A stretch of 64,000 bases of DNA from Akkermansiaceae bacterium (GTDB lineage Bacteria > Verrucomicrobiota > Verrucomicrobiia > Verrucomicrobiales > Akkermansiaceae), in contig JAYVNE010000199.1 of assembly GCA_043758615.1 (NCBI GenBank), forward strand, positions 5-64,004, written 5' to 3'. This document shows, one piece after another, positions 56,847 to 64,000 of this stretch (position 1 is the first letter of the stretch; each line of letters opens with the position of its first letter). The position numbers and the translations under genes were made by a program. The notes below the pieces were generated by a model. The model had not been told where the DNA came from, ran no database searches, and saw only the letters and a program-made list of their open reading frames with translations.

Positions 56847-59609
56847 GTGGCGGCGAAGAAGAAGGGCGATGAGAAAGGTGCGAAGAGCGACGGTCGCAGA
56901 CCGACGTTAGAGGGGGACGTGATCCGGATTCGAGGGGCGAGGCAGCATCATTTGAAAAATCTCGATGTGGCAATTCCTCGCGGGAAATTGGTGGTGGTGA
57001 CGGGGCCGAGTGGATCGGGGAAATCGTCGCTGGCGTTTGACACGTTGTATGCGGAGGGACAGCGGCGGTATGTGGAGTCTCTATCAGTTTATGCGCGGCA
57101 GTTTTTGGATCAGTTAGAAAAGCCGGATGTGGATTCAATCGAGGGGCTCAGCCCGGCAATCGCAATCGAGCAGCGGGGCGGGGGACTGAATCCGCGTTCG
57201 ACGGTGGCGACGGCGACGGAGATTTATGATTACCTGCGGGTGCTGTGGGCGGCGGCGGGGATTCCCCATGATCCGGCGACGGGTGAGCGACTGGAGCGGA
57301 TGAGTGCGGCGGACATTGTGAATGTGCTGGCGGCGATGGCAGAGGGGACAAAGGTGGTATTGTTAGCGCCGCTGCCGAAGGAAGAGCTGGGGGAGCCGGC
57401 GAGGTTGTTAGGAGACTTGCAGCGGCAGGGATACATCCGGGTGCGGGTGGATGGGGAGGTGTTGGAGATCGAAGAAGCGGCGGCGAAATGGCCGGAGTTT
57501 CCGGGGGCGGTGGAGATCGTGGTGGATCGGTTTGTGATCCGTGCGGGGGTGGAATCACGTTTGGCGGATTCGGTGGAAACGGCGTTGCGTCTATGCGGCG
57601 CGGAAGCACGGGCGGCGGTGCAGGGGCCGGGTGAAGAGGAGTGGCGGGATTTGGTTTTTCAAACGAGCTATCGCAATCCGCAGACGGGGTTCATGGTGGA
57701 GGATCTATCGCCGAAACATTTTTCCTTCAACTCGCACATCGGGGCTTGTGAGGCATGTGAGGGGCTGGGGACGGAGATGTTTTGTGATCCCGATTTGCTA
57801 GAGGAGGGCGTGGATGCGGAGGGGACTTTAAAGAGATATCGGGAGGCGAAGTCTGAGATTACGCGGCGGAAGTTAGGGAAGTTCATGGCGCATCGGCCTT
57901 GTCGGGTTTGTGGAGGGAAGCGGTTGAAGCCGGAGTGGTTGGCGGTGAAGATTGAGGGGAAGAATTTTGATAGTGGATGGTTGATAGTTGATAGAAAAGA
58001 GGGGATTATGAGAAACGCGGAGAACCCTTCTTCGCTATCAACTATCAACTCTCAACCATCAACCTCTTGGATGGGTATTCAGGATTTTTGTGCGCTGGGG
58101 GTGGCGGATGCGATGCGGTGGATCGAGGGGATCACATTTGAGCCGGGGAAGGCGGAGGTTTGTAGGCGCTTAGCGGACGATGTTTGCAAGCGGCTGGCGT
58201 TTCTGGAAGAGGTAGGGTTAGATTATCTAACGTTGGAGCGGACGAGTGGGACTCTATCGGGTGGCGAGGCGCAGCGAATTCGGTTAGCGACGCAGTTGGG
58301 TGCGGGGCTTTCGGGCGTGATCTATGTTTTGGATGAGCCGAGTATCGGGCTGCATGCCGCAGACACGGGGCGCTTGATCGGGGCGCTGCTGAGGTTGCGG
58401 GATTTGGGAAATACGGTGGTCGTCGTAGAACATGATGAGGAAATCATTCGGGCGGCGGATTGGGTGATCGATCTGGGGCCGGGGGCGGGCGCGGCGGGTG
58501 GTTATGTGATGGGGGAGGGGACGCCGTTAGAGATTATTTCACCGACGGGGGAGTGGTTGAGAGGGGGAGTCCAGAGGCAAGAATCTAGAATCAAGAAAGA
58601 TGGTGGAAGAGGGGAGTTAGTGATCCGGGGGGCGCGGGAGCATAATTTAAAAAATCTGGATGTAGCGATTCCGTTAGGGCAGTTGGTGTGTTTAAGCGGG
58701 CCGAGTGGGAGTGGGAAATCGACGCTGGCGGATTCGATTTTGCGGCGGGCATTGGCGCGGCATTTCAATGGGTCAGGTGAAACTCCGGGGAAGTTTGATC
58801 GGATCGAGGGACTGGAGCTGATCGAGAAATGCGTGGTGGCAGATCAGTCGGCGATTGGCCGCAGTCCGCGCTCGAATCCGGCGACGTTTACCGGCGTGTT
58901 TGACCAAGTGCGCGATCTTTTTACGAAGCTGAAGCTCTCGAAGCAGCGTGGCTACGGGGCGAGCCGTTTCAGTTTCAATGCGGCGGGCGGGCGCTGCGAG
59001 CGCTGCCAAGGGAACGGGCGCTTAAAAATAGAGATGCATTTTCTGCCGGACGCGTGGGTGGCTTGTCCCGCGTGTGGCGGGCGGCGCTTTAACCGCGAGA
59101 CGCTTGAGGTGACGTTCAAGGGGAAGTCGATCGCGGATGTTTTGGAAATGTCCGTGAGTGATGCGGCGGTGTTTTTCCGAGTGATTCCAAAAATTTTCCA
59201 CATCGTGCACATCCTCGAGGAGCTCGGGCTCGGCTACCTGAAACTTGGCCAAGCCGCGAACACTCTCTCCGGTGGCGAGGCGCAGCGGCTCAAGCTAGCG
59301 GTCGAAATGGCGCGACCGCAGGCAGCGCACACGCTCTATCTGTTTGATGAGCCCACGACCGGGCTTCACTTCGGCGATGTCGAGCGTTTGCTGGCCGCAT
59401 TCGTGAGGCTGCGGGACGCCGGGCATAGCGTGCTCGTGGTGGAGCATCATTTGGACGTGATCGCAGCGGCGGACTGGGTCATTGAGCTTGGACCGGGCGG
59501 GGGAGTGCACGGGGGAAACCTTGTCGCAGCAGGGCCGCCGGCGGTGATCCGCAAGAATAAGAAGTCGCCAACCGGGCAGGCGCTCGCGCGGCATGAGCGG
59601 AAACTTTGA
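56847..59609 (+). CDS. uvrA: Second, single-length excinuclease ABC subunit A paralogue
   Basis: [18 protein letters not shown] x2, LSGGEAQR x2, [16 protein letters not shown]. Confidence 0.93.
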   Translation: MAAKKKGDEKGAKSDGRRPTLEGDVIRIRGARQHHLKNLDVAIPRGKLVVVTGPSGSGKSSLAFDTLYAEGQRRYVESLSVYARQFLDQLEKPDVDSIEGLSPAIAIEQRGGGLNPRSTVATATEIYDYLRVLWAAAGIPHDPATGERLERMSAADIVNVLAAMAEGTKVVLLAPLPKEELGEPARLLGDLQRQGYIRVRVDGEVLEIEEAAAKWPEFPGAVEIVVDRFVIRAGVESRLADSVETALRLCGAEARAAVQGPGEEEWRDLVFQTSYRNPQTGFMVEDLSPKHFSFNSHIGACEACEGLGTEMFCDPDLLEEGVDAEGTLKRYREAKSEITRRKLGKFMAHRPCRVCGGKRLKPEWLAVKIEGKNFDSGWLIVDRKEGIMRNAENPSSLSTINSQPSTSWMGIQDFCALGVADAMRWIEGITFEPGKAEVCRRLADDVCKRLAFLEEVGLDYLTLERTSGTLSGGEAQRIRLATQLGAGLSGVIYVLDEPSIGLHAADTGRLIGALLRLRDLGNTVVVVEHDEEIIRAADWVIDLGPGAGAAGGYVMGEGTPLEIISPTGEWLRGGVQRQESRIKKDGGRGELVIRGAREHNLKNLDVAIPLGQLVCLSGPSGSGKSTLADSILRRALARHFNGSGETPGKFDRIEGLELIEKCVVADQSAIGRSPRSNPATFTGVFDQVRDLFTKLKLSKQRGYGASRFSFNAAGGRCERCQGNGRLKIEMHFLPDAWVACPACGGRRFNRETLEVTFKGKSIADVLEMSVSDAAVFFRVIPKIFHIVHILEELGLGYLKLGQAANTLSGGEAQRLKLAVEMARPQAAHTLYLFDEPTTGLHFGDVERLLAAFVRLRDAGHSVLVVEHHLDVIAAADWVIELGPGGGVHGGNLVAAGPPAVIRKNKKSPTGQALARHERKL
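57976..58063. repeat. Inverted heptamer-repeat palindrome inserted in frame in uvrA
   Basis: gatggttgatagttgatag (57976-57994) … ctatcaactatcaactctcaaccatcaac (58035-58063). Confidence 0.8.
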
Positions 59610-59701
59610 GGCATTTTTAAAATTCCGGTGGACAATCCGGTGGGCGAAAGGTAACCCATCCGCCTCTCTGCGGGCGGATTACCACCCCGCGATTGGATTT
59701 A

Positions 59702-59773
59702 GGCAGTATAGCTCAGTGGTAGAGTAGGGGACTCATAAGCCCTTGGTCGGTGGTTCGAGCCCACCTACTGCCA
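59702..59773 (+). tRNA. tRNA with CAT anticodon, probably elongator tRNA-Met (Ile2 not excluded); CCA not encoded
   Basis: Acceptor GGCAGTA/TACTGCC, D-arm GCTC/GAGT, anticodon loop CTCATAA, T-arm GGTGG-TTCGAGC-CCACC. It lacks the C1:A72 mismatch and the three G-C pairs of an initiator tRNA. Confidence 0.93.
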
Positions 59774-59779
59774 CTTGTT

Positions 59780-60359
59780 TTCCTTGTTTGGATCGGGAGT
59801 TGACTACCTGCTGTTAGCATAGGCGCCGACGATCGGCTGGCTCTATCTGGCGCGGATCGTGTCCGGGATCACTGCGGCGAATTTTTCTGCGGCCAGTGCC
59901 TACATCGCAGACGTGACACCGCCGGAGAAGCGGGCGGCGGGATTCGGCATGATCGGGGCGGCGTTCGGATTGGGCTTCATTGCAGGACCGGCCATGGGTG
60001 GTTTGTTAGATCAATACGGCTTGCGCCTTCCATTTCTGGTGGCGGCGGGAATCACGTTGTTGAACTGGCTTTATGGTGCCTTCGTCTTGCCGGAATCCCT
60101 CGCTCCGGAAAACCGACGTCCTTTCAAATGGGCGAGCGCGCATCCGATCAAAGCACTGACCGCACTGAGTCGCTGGCCGCTGGTGATGGGGCTGGCGGGC
60201 ACCCATTTTCTGAGCACTCTTTCTGCTAACATCTATCCATGCCTTTGGGTAATCTATACGGGCAGTCGCTATGGGTGGAATAGCAAACAGGTGGGATTGT
60301 CCCTCGCGCTGGTCGGTGTGATGGCGGCGACCGTGCAAGCGGGGTTAGCAAGCCGGTGA
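59780..60359 (+). pseudogene. TetA-like MFS transporter fragment (both ends missing, in-frame TAG at 59819-59821)
   Basis: [69 protein letters not shown]; ends after about TM8. Confidence 0.85.
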
Positions 60360-60421
60360 CTGTTTGAGTGCCGGAAAATTCGGGATTCCCGCGCAGGTTT
60401 TTTTCCGATAATTGTTTCTGA

Positions 60422-60823
60422 ATGGGTAAAGGCTATGAACAATATCAGGCGCGCGTGCTGGCCCTGCAGGGGCTCGGTAAGGATTTGGCAAGACGGGCAA
60501 AATCCAAGTGCGAACTAACCGGGGCGGCGGGCGTGCCGCTGCGTCCGTATGAAGTGCCGCCCGTGGCGGACGAGCCGGATCTTGAGCGCACCTTGCTGCT
60601 GAGTGAGGCGTGCCATGAAGCATTGGAACGGCCGGAAAAACTCGCGGGCCGCAGTTGGCAGTGTTTGGCGGAAGTGGTTTGGAGCGAAATGCCTGCGGTG
60701 CAGGTGGTGGCGTGGCGGATGCTCGAGCGTTTAGCGCAACGCGAGGACTGGGCGCGTGAGGTGGTTGACGAGGTTTTTCTCGATCCAGACGTCGAAGAGT
60801 GGGCAAAAGCCGAAAAACTCTAA
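60422..60823 (+). CDS. PhnA-like protein
   Basis: LARRAKSKCELTG…YEVPP…W.CL..VVWSEMPAVQVVAWRML pattern. Confidence 0.7.
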   Translation: MGKGYEQYQARVLALQGLGKDLARRAKSKCELTGAAGVPLRPYEVPPVADEPDLERTLLLSEACHEALERPEKLAGRSWQCLAEVVWSEMPAVQVVAWRMLERLAQREDWAREVVDEVFLDPDVEEWAKAEKL

Positions 60824-60917
60824 TGCACCCGAAATTCCACCGCAACTTCCACCGTTTCATAAGGTTGGAAGCGGCATGTTCAGCGCCGACCTCGCCGCGA
60901 CACCCTTATTTTTGAAC

Positions 60918-61517
60918 ATGGAGGCCGATCAATCGCCCACTATCGACGATGCATGCACGATCGACTACGCGTTGATGCTGCGCGTCGGCGAGGGGGATCA
61001 TGCGGCATTCCGGCAGTTAGTAGAACGCCATCAGAACGCGGTGATCGGTACGGTCGCAAAAATGTTAGGGAACGCCTCAGAGTCCGAAGACATCGCCCAA
61101 CAGGTTTTCCTGCGCATCTGGCGCAATGCGAAGCGCTATCGGCCAGACGCGAAATTTACGACCTACCTTTACACGATCACACGCAATCTGGTTTTCAATG
61201 AAACCCGCCGGAAGAGCAGGAAAAAGGAAGTTTCCTCTGATGAACGCGAGGAGAATTCTAACCTCATGACGGAAGCCAGCCCGGACCGTCAGCCGGACGC
61301 TGAAATTCTCCAAGCGGAGCTTCAACAAAAGGTGGATGAAGCGATTGCCGCTCTTCCGGAAGCCCAACGGATGGCAGTGGTGCTGCGCCGTTATGAGCAG
61401 CTATCTTACGAGGAAATCGCCAAGGCGTTAGATCTATCAGTCTTGGCAGTCAAAAGCTTGCTCTTCCGCGCTCGGACCTCCTTGCGCGAGGCGCTGAGTG
61501 CCTACCTTAGTGATTGA
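60918..61517 (+). CDS. ECF sigma-70 factor
   Basis: GDHAAFRQLVERH, EDIAQQVFLRIW, FTTYLYTITRNL, LPEAQRMAVVLRRYEQLSYEEIA; start codon uncertain. Confidence 0.92.
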   Translation: MEADQSPTIDDACTIDYALMLRVGEGDHAAFRQLVERHQNAVIGTVAKMLGNASESEDIAQQVFLRIWRNAKRYRPDAKFTTYLYTITRNLVFNETRRKSRKKEVSSDEREENSNLMTEASPDRQPDAEILQAELQQKVDEAIAALPEAQRMAVVLRRYEQLSYEEIAKALDLSVLAVKSLLFRARTSLREALSAYLSD

Positions 61518-61531
61518 CGGCCTCTTGCTCG

Positions 61532-61972
61532 CTATCGCGCTCCCGCCGCCTTGAGCTTGGAAATCGCTTCGTTCAAACGCTCGCGGGTGGCGCTTAGATC
61601 GGCATTGAGGTGGCGCAGTTCAGCGTCGCGCTCACTGATGGCGGCCTCCCAAGTTTTGATTTGTTGGCGTGCTGCACTGAGTTCTGTTTGAAATTGTTCG
61701 GTTTGGCGGGATTGATCTATCAGCACAACGGCAGCTTGCTCGCTGTCCTTACGGTTGAGTTCGATAGACTCCTTTAACGCGGTGATGTCCTTCTCTAACG
61801 CGGCGGATTGTTTGGACTCCTCGGCAAGCTTTTGTTGAGAAATTACCAGTTGGGATTGAAGCTTTTGAATGTCACCCAGATGGGAACGCTCCTTTGTCCA
61901 TTGGGCGACGACTAGCCCGGTGAGGGCGAGGCAGCCAATGGCGTTGAGGATGGGTAGGATGGGGGATTTCAC
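61532..61972 (-). CDS. Membrane-anchored coiled-coil hypothetical protein
   Basis: N-terminal TM segment followed by a heptad-rich helix; 3 bp downstream of exbD. Confidence 0.7.
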   Translation of the reverse strand: MKSPILPILNAIGCLALTGLVVAQWTKERSHLGDIQKLQSQLVISQQKLAEESKQSAALEKDITALKESIELNRKDSEQAAVVLIDQSRQTEQFQTELSAARQQIKTWEAAISERDAELRHLNADLSATRERLNEAISKLKAAGAR

Positions 61973-61975
61973 GCT

Positions 61976-62401
61976 TCAAGGATGGGGGTTTTTCGATTCA
62001 AAGCTGACTTTCTCGATTCCGGCCGCACGCACGGCGTTGACGACGGCGAGGACGTGCTTGTGGCGCGAGTTTTCATCGGCGGAAATGAGCACGCGAGATT
62101 CCTGCGGCGTGGCCTCGGCGCGGAGGCGGTTAGTGATTTCTGATAGAGTCACAATTTTTTTGTCCCAAGTGGCAAGGCCGCTGGCGTCAATGGCGATCTG
62201 GAACGGCGGGATCTTGGAATCCGCAATGCCGGTGGAGGCAGCGGGCAAGGCGAGGGGAACGCGATGGAGTTGGGTCATGCTCAGGCTGACGAGCATGAAG
62301 GACGCAAGGAGGAAAAACATGATATCGATCAGCGGGATGATCTCGATCCGCGCTTCATCGCCTTCCTCATCGGAATAAGTAGATTTAAGTTGGATGGGCA
62401 T
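61976..62401 (-). CDS. exbD: ExbD/TolR biopolymer transport protein
   Basis: IEIIPLIDIMFFLLASFM; VLISADE…VLAVVNAVRAAGIEKVSF. Confidence 0.92.
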   Translation of the reverse strand: MPIQLKSTYSDEEGDEARIEIIPLIDIMFFLLASFMLVSLSMTQLHRVPLALPAASTGIADSKIPPFQIAIDASGLATWDKKIVTLSEITNRLRAEATPQESRVLISADENSRHKHVLAVVNAVRAAGIEKVSFESKNPHP

Positions 62402-62439
62402 GAGGAGAGTTCAGAAATATGAGGGAAGAGGTGTGAATC

Positions 62440-63123
62440 TTAAGCTGTATCGTGATTCTTGATTCTGGACTCTTGAGTCTTGGAAGCGAAGGCTTCCAAG
62501 TCATATCCGTGTTCCTTTGCGGACTTCACCAGTATTTCGGTGTGGTTAATCCAGCGCTCTAACGAGCCGCGGAGGACGGAGACGCGCTTGCGAAAAAAGT
62601 TATAGGGCAGCAAGGAGAGGATGGCGATGGCGATGCCGCAAGCGGTGGCGATGAGGGCCTCAGAAATTCCGCCGGAAACTTTCGAGGCTGCGAGTTGGTC
62701 CTCACCGATAGAAGAGAACGATCCCATGATGCCGACGACGGTGCCAAACAATCCTAACAATGGAGCAAGTGTGATGAGCGTGCTGATGACCCACATGCGG
62801 GCTTCGGCGTTTTCGATGACACGGGTGGCATGAAGCTGCATGGCGGCGAGCATGGAGGTGTGGGTGTGGCTCATACCTTCGGATAGATTTTGGAGAAAGG
62901 GATCGGGCGTGTCCTGACCAAGTTTCCAAGCGGTGGCGAAATCCCCAGATCCGATGGCGACGCGAGCTTCTTCTTGTTTGTCCAGCTGAAGGATGGAGCG
63001 GTAGCGAAGCCACCAAACGGTGCGATCCAACAGCACGCAGAGGGCAAGAAAAAATACCGCGAGGATCGGCCACATGACCCAGCCGCCTTTGATGAATGTT
63101 TCGATGACGATGTTCGCAAGCAC
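62440..63123 (-). CDS. exbB: MotA/TolQ/ExbB proton channel protein
   Basis: LAPLLGLFGTVVGIMGSF, GISEALIATACGI. Confidence 0.92.
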   Translation of the reverse strand: MLANIVIETFIKGGWVMWPILAVFFLALCVLLDRTVWWLRYRSILQLDKQEEARVAIGSGDFATAWKLGQDTPDPFLQNLSEGMSHTHTSMLAAMQLHATRVIENAEARMWVISTLITLAPLLGLFGTVVGIMGSFSSIGEDQLAASKVSGGISEALIATACGIAIAILSLLPYNFFRKRVSVLRGSLERWINHTEILVKSAKEHGYDLEAFASKTQESRIKNHDTA

Positions 63124-63130
63124 GATGGTG

Positions 63131-63817
63131 TTAGTTTAATTTGAAAGTGATGGAGCGTTCGAGTGTGATAGAGTCTCCCGGGGGGAAACTCCAGCCCAAC
63201 ACCGTGCGAACGGCGGTCTGGTTAAGCAGAGGCCACTGGCAGGACTTTTTGGCAAACGCGGCGGTGACGTGACCGCTGGGATTCACGCTAAACTCGACGA
63301 CGACGGTGCCTTGTTGACGGTTCCGCCGCGCGAAAGATGGATAAGGCGGGGCAGGCATGTGGCCGGCAGCCAAGCGGTTCGACTTGGACATACCGCTGCC
63401 AGAAGTGCCTTTTCCGGGAGTGGTGGCTGAGGTGGGTTTGTCCGAGCTGGAAGACTGCGATTTTCTAGCAGAGGTGGGCTGAGGGGGCTGCCGGGGGGCG
63501 GGGGCCGCCGCAGGAGTATGAGCGAGCGGCAGATCGGGTATTTCTGGGAGCGGTGCAGTGCTAGGGATATCTGGAAGGGCCGGTGGTGCGGGAAAAATTT
63601 CCTGGGGTGAAGGAGCGGGTTCCTCCAGAGAAATGGCAGGGATGTCTGCGCCGATGATGACGTCTGGTGTGATGGTTAGAGTTTCCAGTTTTTCCGTTTG
63701 ATCGCGCTTCGTTACGAGTTTCCAGCCGGGCACAATCAACCCCACGGTGCCGAATCCGGCGACGCTCAGCCAGGCGGCGAGCGTGCCGATATTCAGCGCG
63801 TGGAAAAGAGGATTCAT
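63131..63817 (-). CDS. tonB: TonB-family energy transducer
   Basis: TM anchor, Pro-rich spacer, C-terminal PPYPSFARRNRQQGTVVVEFSV…LLNQTAVRTV..W.F.P. Confidence 0.88.
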   Translation of the reverse strand: MNPLFHALNIGTLAAWLSVAGFGTVGLIVPGWKLVTKRDQTEKLETLTITPDVIIGADIPAISLEEPAPSPQEIFPAPPALPDIPSTAPLPEIPDLPLAHTPAAAPAPRQPPQPTSARKSQSSSSDKPTSATTPGKGTSGSGMSKSNRLAAGHMPAPPYPSFARRNRQQGTVVVEFSVNPSGHVTAAFAKKSCQWPLLNQTAVRTVLGWSFPPGDSITLERSITFKLN

Positions 63818-64000
63818 GTTAGGTTTCCTTGTGAAAAAACACTCGGCGTGATTTTAGATCGGTCACGCCGAGCATACAATTTCAAAAACGCCTTGTTAGC
63901 GATACACCACGGCATTTTCTTTTTGAAGGGAATATCCGCATAGGTTCCTGATTTCGAAAAAATCCTAGACAAACCTCCCCGATTCGACTCTGGTGGGGTT

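Noticed and set aside
56906-58677. GTTAG sites inside uvrA as integron secondary attC/att sites
   Set aside because: There are no flanking hairpins or RYYYAAC partners; they are synonymous-site motifs, reported instead as a compositional signal.
59702-59773. Initiator tRNA-fMet
   Set aside because: It has a paired G1-C72 and lacks the three consecutive G-C pairs in the anticodon stem.
1606-59821. Stop-codon reassignment or read-through explaining the in-frame stops
   Set aside because: All three stop types occur (TAA 1606, TGA 23706, TAG 32093 and 59819), only in accessory genes, and core genes terminate normally with these codons.
63820-64000. Fur box or riboswitch upstream of tonB
   Set aside because: No GATAATGATAATCATTATC-like inverted repeat or cobalamin-riboswitch core is recognisable, and the region is cut by the window edge.

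Overview
GC-rich bacterial chromosomal window, most likely from a Verrucomicrobiota genome (Luteolibacter/Akkermansiaceae-like; inferred from the PEP-CTERM gene, PVC-type heme-binding protein, double-length UvrA and TSP3-repeat exoproteins). The left end (1-6.9 kb) is an integron. It has a divergent IntI integrase broken by an internal deletion, an attI-like GTTAGCC core, and three cassettes on the minus strand. Cassette 1 is a 3.8-kb three-gene unit that looks like a polymorphic exoprotein/toxin module with a possible immunity gene. Cassettes 2 and 3 are HigBA and DUF4160/DUF2442 toxin-antitoxin pairs, and the array ends in an IS110 remnant. The core of the window is housekeeping: sulP, lptF/G, plsC, desaturase, rpsU, addB-like, secG, rhomboid, pgsA, gnd, marR, typA, S/T kinase, two uvrA paralogues, tRNA(CAT), ECF sigma and tonB-exbB-exbD. 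Small accessory islets interrupt it: a polysaccharide-modification cluster, a RAYT/REP + IS4 islet, and a type III RM + VapBC + DyP islet between the two uvrA genes. About ten accessory genes are pseudogenised. Window-wide signals found by reading the sequence are a strongly over-represented GNTAG/CTANC pentamer at synonymous positions, heptamer repeats inserted in-frame in genes, and opposite wobble-base usage in two same-strand uvrA paralogues. All counts are hand counts and no database searches were run.
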